From an uncultured Gammaproteobacteria bacterium (GTDB lineage: Bacteria; Patescibacteriota; Microgenomatia; UBA10105; UBA927), in the NCBI GenBank assembly GCA_964515005.1, contig CAZEVT010000003.1, forward strand, positions 12,815 to 76,814: a stretch of 64,000 nucleotides of DNA, given 5' to 3'. The position numbers were made by a program, and so were the translations under genes. Below, one piece after another: positions 20,214-29,790 of this stretch. Position 1 is the stretch's first letter, and the number at the start of each line of letters is the position of its first letter. The notes beneath the pieces are model-generated. The model had not been told where the DNA came from, ran no database searches, and saw only the letters and a program-made list of their open reading frames with translations.

Positions 20214-20946
20214 CAACACCATTAAAAAATCGCAAAGGGAAGAGTTTAATAGCTTGCTTCGTGAAGCAAGGCAAGAATACAGCTCTTTTGTTGAGGACTT
20301 TGCATCACGACATGAGCTTAATACACTTTTACGTTTTATGCCAAACTTGTCCTCGTCTTCAATTTTAGACATTGGCTGTGGGAGGGGTCGTTTTGCAATC
20401 CCTATCGCAAAAATAGCTAAAAATGTTGTCGGCATAGATACGTCTGATTACTCAATTAAATTATTTTGTGGTCAGATAAAAAAAGAACGCCTTCAAAATA
20501 TCTCAGCCCGTGTCATGGATTTTCATGATTTACCAAACGAAAAGAAATTTGATTATGTCCTCATGGTAAACGCGGTTCACCACATTCCGGAAATGAAAGT
20601 GTTACTGGAAAAAGTACGAAAGGTTCTCCGGAAGAACGGTAGACTCATCATTTATGAATTTAACCCGCTCAATCCCCTTTATATACCATTTTTAATTTAT
20701 TATAAACAGGCTTCAATGCATATGAATAGGGAATACTTCCGTAGTAATATATGGACGATGGGTAGGATTTTCGGTCGCTCGAACTATTCTGAAGTCAGTA
20801 AGTTTAGATACGGATTCCTGCCAACGGTTCTCTATAATGTCTCACCGATTTTTGTGAAGATAAATACAGCACTTAATTCCATACCATTGTTGAATCAGCT
20901 CTGTGCGTTTCATATACTTTCGTATAAAATAAGAACACGTGAATAA
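20200..20946 (+). CDS. Class I SAM-dependent methyltransferase
   Basis: ILDIGCGRGRF motif I, with DxxxxxxxxAxxxL and LxxGG-type motifs downstream. Confidence 0.7.
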   Translation: MKISNNTIKKSQREEFNSLLREARQEYSSFVEDFASRHELNTLLRFMPNLSSSSILDIGCGRGRFAIPIAKIAKNVVGIDTSDYSIKLFCGQIKKERLQNISARVMDFHDLPNEKKFDYVLMVNAVHHIPEMKVLLEKVRKVLRKNGRLIIYEFNPLNPLYIPFLIYYKQASMHMNREYFRSNIWTMGRIFGRSNYSEVSKFRYGFLPTVLYNVSPIFVKINTALNSIPLLNQLCAFHILSYKIRTRE

Positions 20947-20980
20947 AAATGACAAATAAACTATATTTTAGTACAGAATT

Positions 20981-22036
20981 CTAAACTTTATACAGAGATT
21001 CAAAGACATGTTGGGAAACCGTAGATGTCCTTTCGAAAATAGTTTTCCAATGTTTCCTTATTGGATAATCATTTTTTGTAATTCGCAACTGATCCTTAAG
21101 ATTTTCATTATCGTAATACTGTTTTGTATAGAATATTCCTTTACACTTCTTATCGATAAGAGAAAAATAATTTTCAATCTGCGGCATGGTCATTTCTTGG
21201 AACGAGTAGATATTGATAAATACGTCAAGGGATTCATCCGCTATGTTTGTTAATTGCCAGGGTGCGAGAAAAACTATTTTGTATTTTGATAATAACGCTC
21301 GGTCAAACTTTTTCATTCTTCGTGAGGCATCATACGTAAGAACCTTATGACGGGGAAAAAGTCGGGACAGGTAATACTGTGAGAGTATCAGTGACCCGGG
21401 AAGATCCACGATAATATATGTGGATTTTGGAATAGCTTTCGAACTTACATATCCGAGTCTGCCATAGCCCGCGCCCAGCTCGGCCACAATGATGTGTTTA
21501 TGTTTTGTTTTAATACGAGGGTATATGGTATAAAATTCATCAAGTGACTGAAGAAGGTCGTATGACATTACCGTTCCGTTAATATCATACGTAACAGGAT
21601 TTCCAATTCGAGGCTCTTCCAATGTATGTAATAAATGGAGAGAATCCCGTTTTCGTATAAGTTGCCAGTACGCCCACAAAAACATCTTGTAGAATCTGGG
21701 GTTTGTTGGAGCAAAGGCAGAAAAGGTCCTATTATATCTCTGTGTTTTAAAATTCTTGATGTCTTCAACATACAACACCCGTTCGAACTGATTATATAAA
21801 TCTTCCCAGTGGATAGAGGGTTTATACACCGGGTCGGCCTTTTCCATGTCGGCACGTAAGCCCTCTAGTTGTTTTAGAAGTCTTACATTTTTAGATGTTT
21901 TGATAGATTTAACGAAAATAAACCTTGCATATAACGAAAATTCCTCCCAAATTCTCTTTGGTATTGCGGATATGAGGCGTGGTTCCATTTTGATATACGT
22001 AAAATATTCCTTAAGAAATATAAGCGTTCTTTTCAT
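20981..22036 (-). CDS. Putative SAM-dependent (sugar O-) methyltransferase-like protein
   Basis: Contains IIVAELGAGYGRLGY, a motif-I-like glycine loop. The rest is unassignable by eye. Low-GC codon usage. Confidence 0.35.
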   Translation of the reverse strand: MKRTLIFLKEYFTYIKMEPRLISAIPKRIWEEFSLYARFIFVKSIKTSKNVRLLKQLEGLRADMEKADPVYKPSIHWEDLYNQFERVLYVEDIKNFKTQRYNRTFSAFAPTNPRFYKMFLWAYWQLIRKRDSLHLLHTLEEPRIGNPVTYDINGTVMSYDLLQSLDEFYTIYPRIKTKHKHIIVAELGAGYGRLGYVSSKAIPKSTYIIVDLPGSLILSQYYLSRLFPRHKVLTYDASRRMKKFDRALLSKYKIVFLAPWQLTNIADESLDVFINIYSFQEMTMPQIENYFSLIDKKCKGIFYTKQYYDNENLKDQLRITKNDYPIRKHWKTIFERTSTVSQHVFESLYKV

Positions 22037-22087
22037 ATTTTGATCCCCAAGTATAACACAAAAGTATTCGAGGAAGAGTGAATAAGG

Positions 22088-22093
22088 TATAAT
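22088..22093 (+). promoter_or_regulatory. TATAAT -10 box 6 nt upstream of ATG 22100 (leaderless geometry)
   Basis: A perfect TATAAT in the divergent spacer between the 20981(-) and 22100(+) genes. Confidence 0.35.
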
Positions 22094-22099
22094 TAGACA

Positions 22100-22882
22100 A
22101 TGACATCCAATGATTTGACCATATTGTTTTTGTCTTGTGACAAATATTCTGATTTGTGGCGGCCCCTTCTCTACTGCTTGCGCAAATATTGGAAAAATTG
22201 TCCCTACCCGTTATACCTGGGAAGCAATACCATGCCCCTAAAAGACAAACAGATACAAACGATACTCTCCGGACCGGACACAGATTGGTCCTCAAGCCTT
22301 CAAGCAATCCTCAAACAGATAACCACACCATATGTTTTTATCTGGCTAGATGACATTTTCCCGATTAAGAGAATCCAATCACAGGATTTTGCTGAGGCGC
22401 TGGAGTTTATGAAAAAACATGATGGCAAACATATGCATATGTTGCCCTCGCCGAAACCGGACAGCAAAACATCCGATGGACAGTATGGCCTCTATGAGAA
22501 AGGCACCCCGTATAGGTGCACCGCATTGGGTTTTTGGAAAGTCTCCTATTTACAAGATTTACTAATTCATAGAGAAAACCCTTGGAATTTTGAAGTCATG
22601 GGATCGTATCGAAGCTCATATGTAGATGGTTTTTATTGCACGATGAGGCCATTATTTCAGTCGCTTCATGTGATTGAGAAAGGACGGATTTTCCGAGCCG
22701 CATATGAGTACTGCCACGCTCATTCGATACCTTTATCAATAGGGAATCGGTCAGTACTTGCCAGTGCATTTCAATTGAGAAGCGAAATTCAGAAATTTTA
22801 TTTTAACAGCGTGAAGCATATTCCTTGGAAGATCCGCGTATCTATGATGAACGTATTGCGAAAATTGCTTATTAGTTATTAA
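22100..22882 (+). CDS. Hypothetical protein, possible GT-A-like nucleotide-sugar transferase
   Basis: 260 aa, soluble, with LSCDKYSDLW and IWLDDIF (DxD-like) motifs. No confident family. Confidence 0.3.
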   Translation: MTSNDLTILFLSCDKYSDLWRPLLYCLRKYWKNCPYPLYLGSNTMPLKDKQIQTILSGPDTDWSSSLQAILKQITTPYVFIWLDDIFPIKRIQSQDFAEALEFMKKHDGKHMHMLPSPKPDSKTSDGQYGLYEKGTPYRCTALGFWKVSYLQDLLIHRENPWNFEVMGSYRSSYVDGFYCTMRPLFQSLHVIEKGRIFRAAYEYCHAHSIPLSIGNRSVLASAFQLRSEIQKFYFNSVKHIPWKIRVSMMNVLRKLLISY

Positions 22883-22903
22883 TAGTTTGTGTATAATGAC
22901 GAT

Positions 22904-23872
22904 ATGAAAAAAGCACTCGTTACCGGAGCAGGCGGCTTTATCGGTCACCATCTAGTCAAAAGGCTTGCTGGGGAAGGATTTTGGGTTCAGGGTGTTGATC
23001 TTAAAAAACCGGAGTATAGTAAATCAGGAGCAGATGAATTTATTATCGGAGATCTTCGTGACCAAAAATTTTGTCAGAAAATTTTAAACCACACATTTGA
23101 TGAAGTATATCAGCTAGCAGCCGATATGGGCGGTGCAGGCTATATATTTACCGGAGACCATGATGCGGATGTCATGCGTAATTCTGCACAGATTAATCTC
23201 AATATGCTTCATTTTGGACGACTTGTGAAGATCAAAAAAATCTTCTTTTCTTCGTCAGCATGTATTTATCCGGAGCGGAACCAGGTAGACCCAAACAACC
23301 CAAACTGTTCAGAAGAGTCAGCCTACCCTGCGGCTCCCGATAGCGAATACGGCTGGGAAAAACTCTTTGGCGAGCGCATGTTTCTCGCATACAGTCGGAA
23401 TTATGGAATGGAAGTACGTATCGCTCGCTTTCACAACATATTTGGGCCAGAAGGCAGCTGGAACAACGGTAAGGAGAAAGTGCCATCAGCAATATGCAGG
23501 AAAGTGGCCGAGGCAAAAGACGGCGGAACTATAAAGATGTGGGGGGATGGAAAACAGACAAGGTCTTTCCTCTATATAGATGAATGCCTTCATGGCGTAA
23601 GGAAGTTAATGAATAGTAAGTTTACAGGGCCTGTGAACATTGGTTCAGAAGAAATGGTTTCTATAAACGGATTAGCTAAAATGATTATGGAAATAGCAGG
23701 AAAGAAGTTGAAAATAAAACACATTCCAGGACCACAAGGGGTGAGAGGCAGAAAATCAGATAATAGATTAATTCAAGAGAAGCTTGGTTGGACGCCGACT
23801 GCGTCTTTGAAAAGCGGACTGGAAAAAACGTATATTTGGATTGATGAACAAGTTCATAAATCCGGCAAATAA
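22904..23872 (+). CDS. gme: GDP-mannose 3,5-epimerase-like SDR (GME family)
   Basis: A long collinear match to the GME signature: AADMGGAGYI, SSSACIYPE, RFHNIFGP.G.W, MWGDGKQTRSF, IDECLHG, IPGPQGVRGRKSDN, KLGW. ATG 22904 (MKKALVTGAGGF) lies 6 nt after a TATAAT box; the ORF track's GTG start at 22889 is less likely. Confidence 0.8.
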   Translation: MKKALVTGAGGFIGHHLVKRLAGEGFWVQGVDLKKPEYSKSGADEFIIGDLRDQKFCQKILNHTFDEVYQLAADMGGAGYIFTGDHDADVMRNSAQINLNMLHFGRLVKIKKIFFSSSACIYPERNQVDPNNPNCSEESAYPAAPDSEYGWEKLFGERMFLAYSRNYGMEVRIARFHNIFGPEGSWNNGKEKVPSAICRKVAEAKDGGTIKMWGDGKQTRSFLYIDECLHGVRKLMNSKFTGPVNIGSEEMVSINGLAKMIMEIAGKKLKIKHIPGPQGVRGRKSDNRLIQEKLGWTPTASLKSGLEKTYIWIDEQVHKSGK

Positions 23873-23891
23873 TTAGAAGAAGGATATTTAT

Positions 23892-24716
23892 ATGATCACA
23901 AATTTAGTTATAGGTTCTGAGGGCGGAATCGGTACCTCGTTATGTAAATTCCTCGAAAAAAAGAATGAAAAGGTAGTACATTTTGATATTAAGAAAGATG
24001 AAAAAGAGGACGGGAGAGTTTTTAAATTCGATTTTAAAAATATAGATAATGTTTATTTTCTCGCTTGGGATGTCGGAGGTTCAAAATATTTATACGAGTC
24101 TAAAGTGCAAATGTCCCAGCTTAAGTGGAATTTGCAGTTAATGGCCAATATTTTTGAGCACATCGAAAAAGACAAGAAAAAATTTTTGTTTGTTTCCAGC
24201 CAGTTATCCGAAGAGTGCGATACGGTCTATGGCGTAACCAAAAGGCTAGGAGAAGTCTGGACGCATTTACTTAAAGGAGCGTGCGTCAGAGTGTGGAATG
24301 CCTACGGGGTAATGGAAGAGCAAAATATAAAAAGTCATGTTATCTCAGATTTTATTTCTCAGGCCCTATTAAGTGGAAAAATTAAAATGATGACAAATGG
24401 AGAAGAATGGCGTCAATTTACGCATATAGACGACGTCTGCAATGCATTTTACATGGCTTTACGTACCAATAATTTGCGTAGAACTGTGTACGATGCAAGT
24501 AGCTACGAATGGGTTCGCATAATTGATATCGCGCAAATAATTTGTGATTTAACCGGTGCAAAATACTATCCTGGAAGGACAAAAGGTCACGATCCACTGC
24601 CGTCACTCAATATGGGGAGATTACCCGGGTGGCTGCCTCGTGTTGCATTAAGGGACGGCATACAGAATATGATCTATCAAACACAGAAATCATTACAACA
24701 TGTTAAAAAGAAATGA
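23892..24716 (+). CDS. SDR-fold NAD(P)-dependent sugar epimerase/reductase (RmlD-like size)
   Basis: N-terminal glycine-rich GSEGGIGTSL and a YGVTK (YxxxK) catalytic motif, 274 aa. Confidence 0.5.
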   Translation: MITNLVIGSEGGIGTSLCKFLEKKNEKVVHFDIKKDEKEDGRVFKFDFKNIDNVYFLAWDVGGSKYLYESKVQMSQLKWNLQLMANIFEHIEKDKKKFLFVSSQLSEECDTVYGVTKRLGEVWTHLLKGACVRVWNAYGVMEEQNIKSHVISDFISQALLSGKIKMMTNGEEWRQFTHIDDVCNAFYMALRTNNLRRTVYDASSYEWVRIIDIAQIICDLTGAKYYPGRTKGHDPLPSLNMGRLPGWLPRVALRDGIQNMIYQTQKSLQHVKKK

Positions 24717-24718
24717 TA

Positions 24719-25711
24719 TCACCGATACAATTTAGATAGATAATTGTTGACAAGGGCCTTTGTCGTGTAGCTTGCATGGGCTTTTTTATACGCGCTTTCG
24801 ATAATCCCCTCATATTTTTTATAATTACTAAGTATTTCTTGAAGTTTTTCATCTAGCTTGCCATACTCATAATAAATAAAATCCTTACCGGGTTCGAAGA
24901 AGTTTTCAATAATGTTAAAAGGATCTTTCCGGCAAAGAATAAGCGTTCGGCACAAGGCGCTTTCAAATATCCTATTCTTCACCTGCGGTATTACAATATT
25001 TTTATTACTAAACATCTCCCAGAAACGATACCATGGCGGAATGAATCGGAAGGCCTCGTTTTTGCGCCAGTCCTTTGTCCTCCAGATGAAAAAAATGTGA
25101 TCAGCCCGCGGAAATAATAAGTTGTGAACTAGGGCTACCTTGCTTTGCGCGAGTAATTTGAGTTTGTCTGGGTACGATACGTCAAAATTGGTGACAAGGT
25201 TGTGCACGCGTTGTGAAACAAATCTGTAGTTATAGTTGCTCATAGTTTGGATGTCCTCCAGAATGCTCGATGAGACTATGCTACCTATGTAAATGATGTC
25301 GAATAGTTTTTTGGTTTTTGGCGGGATATACTCCTCGTTGATAGGGTAAAAGATCGGAACTCTCTTATTATTATGTTGTCTTTTATTTAGCCATGTTGCC
25401 GTATAGGGGCAGATAGTGAAAATTTTATCAAAGTACCGATCATAACTGTCTGTGTCGTCAGGAAGACAAAACTTATTCGGTTCTTCAAATTCCAATCGTA
25501 CGAGCTTACCGGACAGAATGTTGTTTAATTCATTTTTAGATAAATTAAATTGATCCCATTGATAATATTGACCGAAGCCACCCTCTATTAAAACAAAATC
25601 CGCGCATTGTTTTTCGAATTGTTTAAGATGGTAAAATTGTCTTAAATCATCACGGCGCCCTATGTTTTTACCCGTTGGAAGAACCCGCATACTATATTCT
25701 CCTTTTTGCAT
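24719..25711 (-). CDS. Hypothetical protein (candidate novel glycosyltransferase, e.g. fucosyltransferase-like)
   Basis: 330 aa, soluble, with no recognisable motif. It sits among nucleotide-sugar and methyltransferase genes. Confidence 0.3.
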   Translation of the reverse strand: MQKGEYSMRVLPTGKNIGRRDDLRQFYHLKQFEKQCADFVLIEGGFGQYYQWDQFNLSKNELNNILSGKLVRLEFEEPNKFCLPDDTDSYDRYFDKIFTICPYTATWLNKRQHNNKRVPIFYPINEEYIPPKTKKLFDIIYIGSIVSSSILEDIQTMSNYNYRFVSQRVHNLVTNFDVSYPDKLKLLAQSKVALVHNLLFPRADHIFFIWRTKDWRKNEAFRFIPPWYRFWEMFSNKNIVIPQVKNRIFESALCRTLILCRKDPFNIIENFFEPGKDFIYYEYGKLDEKLQEILSNYKKYEGIIESAYKKAHASYTTKALVNNYLSKLYR

Positions 25712-26681
25712 AGAGCTCTATGCTGTCTCCAACCTTAAAAAGGTCTAAAAGAGGTGATAATGAGAACATTTCCAGTAATTTAACAGGAATTGTATATATG
25801 CTGGAGTTTAGTCTGAATATCCGAAGAAAACTTCGGGAGAATATGCCCGAAGATTTCGTTCTCACATAGACAACACGAAATCCATTGTTTCTCATAAGGT
25901 GGGTAAGTCCTCTTATTGTATGATGCGTCCGGTGAAATGGAAGGTGTAAAAACATGTACCCTCCGCAGAGGCGTATGAGCGTTTCATAATTAGGAACACC
26001 AATAATCAGTTCGCCATTTTTCTTCAGAAATTTGTGTGCCCTTTTCAGTTCTGTATTTGGATCGACCAAGTGTTCGACCACGTGGTTTAATCGTACGATG
26101 TCGAACTTCGTATGGAGTTTTGCGACGGCTTCAAGATCAAGGTACGCCCGTATTCCATGGGACCTAAGTTTCTTAACTAATTTTTTGTCAATTTCTGTCC
26201 CGTATGCCGTGCATCCGGCCTTTTGCGCAATTTTGAGAAAATGACCCCCGCCACAGCCAATGTCTAATATTTTGATTCCTGTTGCAGTTTTGGTAGTGAA
26301 TAGTGGGTACGTTTGGAAAAGATAAGTGAAGAAAGGAAAAGTAAGAAACTTTTTTAGAATTAGCCCTTTCGTACTGAGACATGCAGTCATTACTTGTTCT
26401 TCAATGTACACGAGTAGTCTATAAGCGAGGGTATTACTAATTTTATCGTCGTGGGTATACCCGCTATAGTTTTTATAAATTTTATTCAGTTGCGTCTCCG
26501 TGTAGAACGGATAGGAATATCCCGTTCCACAACGGCGGCAGGTGTATATAGTATCGCACGTCGAAAAATCGTCGCGATATACCTGCGAATTGAAAACGAG
26601 ATTTTTTGTGATTGGAGCACTACACACTATACAGCGACCGTGTTTGTAGGTTTGATAATAATCGCTTAAGATCGTTTTCAT
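25692..26681 (-). CDS. SAM-dependent methyltransferase with N-terminal zinc-ribbon (C-methyltransferase-like architecture)
   Basis: CIVC...CRRC ribbon, then ILDIGCGGGHF motif I. Confidence 0.65.
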   Translation of the reverse strand: MKTILSDYYQTYKHGRCIVCSAPITKNLVFNSQVYRDDFSTCDTIYTCRRCGTGYSYPFYTETQLNKIYKNYSGYTHDDKISNTLAYRLLVYIEEQVMTACLSTKGLILKKFLTFPFFTYLFQTYPLFTTKTATGIKILDIGCGGGHFLKIAQKAGCTAYGTEIDKKLVKKLRSHGIRAYLDLEAVAKLHTKFDIVRLNHVVEHLVDPNTELKRAHKFLKKNGELIIGVPNYETLIRLCGGYMFLHLPFHRTHHTIRGLTHLMRNNGFRVVYVRTKSSGIFSRSFLRIFRLNSSIYTIPVKLLEMFSLSPLLDLFKVGDSIELYAKRRI

Positions 26682-26690
26682 CTGACCAGT

Positions 26691-27554
26691 CTAGCTAATT
26701 CGCGAATGCTTGTCCAGGCGCCAGAAGCTGTTATAGACTGTCTTTTTAGTTAACTTTATACCACGATGAGCCAGATAGGGCAGAAGTCCCAGCGAATGCT
26801 GTGTCTTGACGTCCTCTACCAATAAAGTAGTATTTCTCGCTTTTTGAATGAGTCGCTTGCTTCCCTGTAACACTTTGATCTCGTGACCTTCAACGTCGAG
26901 TTTAATAAAGATGTCGGATTTATCGACGTGAGGAAAATGACTTACGTAATTATCAAGCATCTCGGTTTTGATAGTTATCTTTCGTGAGGTTGGAAAACTG
27001 ACGATCATTTTTTGCGGCGGATAGTAATAGAATTTTTGTGTGGCACTTTTATTACTTAATGCCTTCCGAAACAACGTGACGTTATGGAGTCTATTTATAC
27101 GAATATTTTCCTCTAATAATGAGAAGTTTTCCGGGTCGGGTTCAAATGCGTAGATTGCCATATTTTTTGAATCTTTTCGAAATCTATTTCCAATGGTTAC
27201 GGTATATTTTCCGAATTGAGCTCCTATGTCTATAAATATTACCCGACGATTTTGCACCAGCGAATCCGAAATTCGGCGAATAAGTTCTTCAATATCTAAC
27301 CGTTCAAATGCGGGAGAAGTTACTTTTACATCCCAACAAATATCTCTGATGCGAAAATCACCGAATTTTGTCTTAAGGAGCAATTTTTTGGTAAAGTCTG
27401 ATGCAAAGTTTTTCCGGTTAATCACTAAATAGAGGTAATAGAATTCGTTTATAAGAAAACGAAACCGCGGATTTCGACACTCAAGAGGTGACAGAAGATT
27501 ATAGAAGGCTAAAGAAAAATAAAATCTTAACTTTGAAAGACCGGAAAATTGCAT
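26691..27554 (-). CDS. FkbM-family methyltransferase
   Basis: FIDIGAQFGKYT...AFEPDPENF. Confidence 0.65.
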   Translation of the reverse strand: MQFSGLSKLRFYFSLAFYNLLSPLECRNPRFRFLINEFYYLYLVINRKNFASDFTKKLLLKTKFGDFRIRDICWDVKVTSPAFERLDIEELIRRISDSLVQNRRVIFIDIGAQFGKYTVTIGNRFRKDSKNMAIYAFEPDPENFSLLEENIRINRLHNVTLFRKALSNKSATQKFYYYPPQKMIVSFPTSRKITIKTEMLDNYVSHFPHVDKSDIFIKLDVEGHEIKVLQGSKRLIQKARNTTLLVEDVKTQHSLGLLPYLAHRGIKLTKKTVYNSFWRLDKHSRIS

Positions 27555-27632
27555 ACGGTACAGTATAGCTCCTTTTGATTAGCTTTGGAAGGTAATATGA
27601 TACAATTCCTAAGACTTATTTGAAAAGGACGT

Positions 27633-28751
27633 ATGCGTAATAGAAGTATTTACATCTTCATCGGTACGACCGCTGAACTTATCAAACTTGTCCCGGTAAT
27701 CAGGGAGCTTAAAAGACGAAAGATCGTCTTTACCGTCGTTGCATCCGGGCAAAATGATATATATTTTGAAGAATTTGCTGCGGAGTTAGGTAATGTGGAA
27801 ATATCATATGCTGTAACCCCGAAGGGAAAAGAGCCTTCCCTCGTGTTTTTTTTCTTTTGGGCGGTGAGAACCTTTTTTTCACTTATAATGGGAATGAAGG
27901 GACATTTTCAGGGATTAAATAAAACGAACTCATTTTTTATTGTACATGGCGATACAGTTTCATCTCTTATAGGATCACTCGTTGCATCTATGTATGGTCT
28001 TAAACTTGTGCACATCGAGTCAGGACTTAGATCTTTCAATTTTTTGGAGCCTTTTCCTGAAGAACTGTGTCGTTACATAATCTCACGGTTAGCCGATATT
28101 CATTTTTGCCCGAATGCGTGGGCAGTAGATAATCTCAACCTCGTTAAAGGTGTAAAGGTAAATACATATGAAAATACTCTCATAGAAACGTACTGGTCCG
28201 CGCTAAAAACAGCTAGCGACCATCCACTTGTTCACCAACTTCAGAAGCAAAAAACTCCATATTTTGTACTGGTTGTCCATAGACAAGAGCATGTTTTATT
28301 CGGACAAAAGCGAACTGCAGAAGAGCTTAAGTTTGTACTGAACACGGTGCCAAAAAATATGCGATGTATATTTCTCGTTCATGATTTATCTTCGAATTTC
28401 ATCCGGTCTTTGAGTCTGGTCCTATCTCAGAAAGTAGCTGCCAACATGATCCGCGTCGGGCGATTATCGTATCTGGACTTCATGCACTTATTGCGGGGAT
28501 CAGAATTTATGATTACTGATGGCGGCAGTAATCAAGAAGAAATGTACTATATGGGTAAACCGTGTTTACTCCTCCGAGGGACAACCGAACGCGTAGAAGG
28601 GTTAGGGAAAAATGTTATGTTAAGCAAAAACAAGAAGAAAACAATTATGCAATTTTTACGCAATTATAATACGTATAAAAGACGGTCAGTAAAGTTGGAC
28701 CTGCGCCCGTCGGATATAATAGTTGACTATTTATTTAATCATGGCTCATAA
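27633..28751 (+). CDS. UDP-N-acetylglucosamine 2-epimerase-like (WecB/NeuC family)
   Basis: HGDTVSSL...HIESGLRSFN..EPFPEE matches the Epimerase_2 signature. 372 aa. Confidence 0.7.
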   Translation: MRNRSIYIFIGTTAELIKLVPVIRELKRRKIVFTVVASGQNDIYFEEFAAELGNVEISYAVTPKGKEPSLVFFFFWAVRTFFSLIMGMKGHFQGLNKTNSFFIVHGDTVSSLIGSLVASMYGLKLVHIESGLRSFNFLEPFPEELCRYIISRLADIHFCPNAWAVDNLNLVKGVKVNTYENTLIETYWSALKTASDHPLVHQLQKQKTPYFVLVVHRQEHVLFGQKRTAEELKFVLNTVPKNMRCIFLVHDLSSNFIRSLSLVLSQKVAANMIRVGRLSYLDFMHLLRGSEFMITDGGSNQEEMYYMGKPCLLLRGTTERVEGLGKNVMLSKNKKKTIMQFLRNYNTYKRRSVKLDLRPSDIIVDYLFNHGS

Positions 28752-29790
28752 ATCAATTTTGAGTATCGTTATCGCAACGTTTAATTCAGAACGACTCCTT
28801 CCACGTGTGCTAGATTCCATTGCGAAACAAACGTATCCGAGTTCGAAAATAGAAATCCTCACTATTGACGGTGGTTCGACGGACGGGACAAGGGAAATTG
28901 CAAGGTCGTACGGCTGTAGAGTTATCGACAATCCGAAGACGCTCCCCGCATGGGCCAAATATATTGGATACACACATGCCCGCAGTGCGTACCTGATGTA
29001 TCTGGACAGTGATGAGATTATTGAAAGCACTCAGAGTATCAAGAGAAAAATTAATATCCTTCAGTCAAACCCATCGGTTCATGCCGTAACCGGAAGTGGG
29101 TATAAAAGCCCCAAGAGCTATTCTATTTTAAATGATTATATCAATGAATATGGAGACCCGTTTTCGTTTTTCATGTACCGCCTCTCAAAGAGCTATCGAT
29201 TTTTTGTGAGATCGATGAAGACTACATATTCGATCGTGGAGGAAAATAAGGATCATATTATTTTTGACTTTTCTCATTGTCGTGAGTTGCCAATTTTTGA
29301 ATTGGCAGCAATGGGGAGTATCGTAGATCTTCAATATTTGAGAACAAATTTTCCAAATATTTTGAAGAGTCCTGGCTTGATTTGGCATTTTTTCCATTTG
29401 CTTGTTTCCAAAGGCACATACATCGCAATAACCAAAAATGACGCACTCGTTCATTACTCTGTCAATTCGCTTCGTCACTATCTTCGCAAGATTACTTCTC
29501 GTGTGATAACAAATGTTTATACCCCTGCCAAAGAAGGATTTAAGGGGAGAGATGAATTAGCAGCTGGATACGGGTACATTAAACGATATTTATTCTTTCC
29601 CTACACGTTTTCAATCATATTACCTTTGATCGACAGCATATATTTATCGTTAACACGACACAATTTCGGTTACCTTGTGCATGTGCCCTTGTGTATCTAT
29701 ACCGCCAGTTTAATTATGTATTATTCGGTATTAAAGCTATTTGGTAGTCAACCGATTTTCAGATCGTACGGTGGGGCGCAACCTTTATGA
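28744..29790 (+). CDS. GT2 family glycosyltransferase with C-terminal TM helices
   Basis: LSIVIATFNSE...ILTIDGGSTDGT...YLDSDE. The likely start is ATG 28744. Confidence 0.8.
   Translation, partial: AHKSILSIVIATFNSERLLPRVLDSIAKQTYPSSKIEILTIDGGSTDGTREIARSYGCRVIDNPKTLPAWAKYIGYTHARSAYLMYLDSDEIIESTQSIKRKINILQSNPSVHAVTGSGYKSPKSYSILNDYINEYGDPFSFFMYRLSKSYRFFVRSMKTTYSIVEENKDHIIFDFSHCRELPIFELAAMGSIVDLQYLRTNFPNILKSPGLIWHFFHLLVSKGTYIAITKNDALVHYSVNSLRHYLRKITSRVITNVYTPAKEGFKGRDELAAGYGYIKRYLFFPYTFSIILPLIDSIYLSLTRHNFGYLVHVPLCIYTASLIMYYSVLKLFGSQPIFRSYGGAQPL

Noticed and set aside
21568-21855. Various 60-100 aa ORFs nested in or antisense to larger genes (e.g. 1545-1832, 2178-2447, 21568-21855, 36709-37092, 48556-48978)
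   Set aside because: They are fully contained within longer ORFs that have clear family signatures. They have low-complexity or Arg/Pro/Cys-rich compositions typical of off-frame translation.
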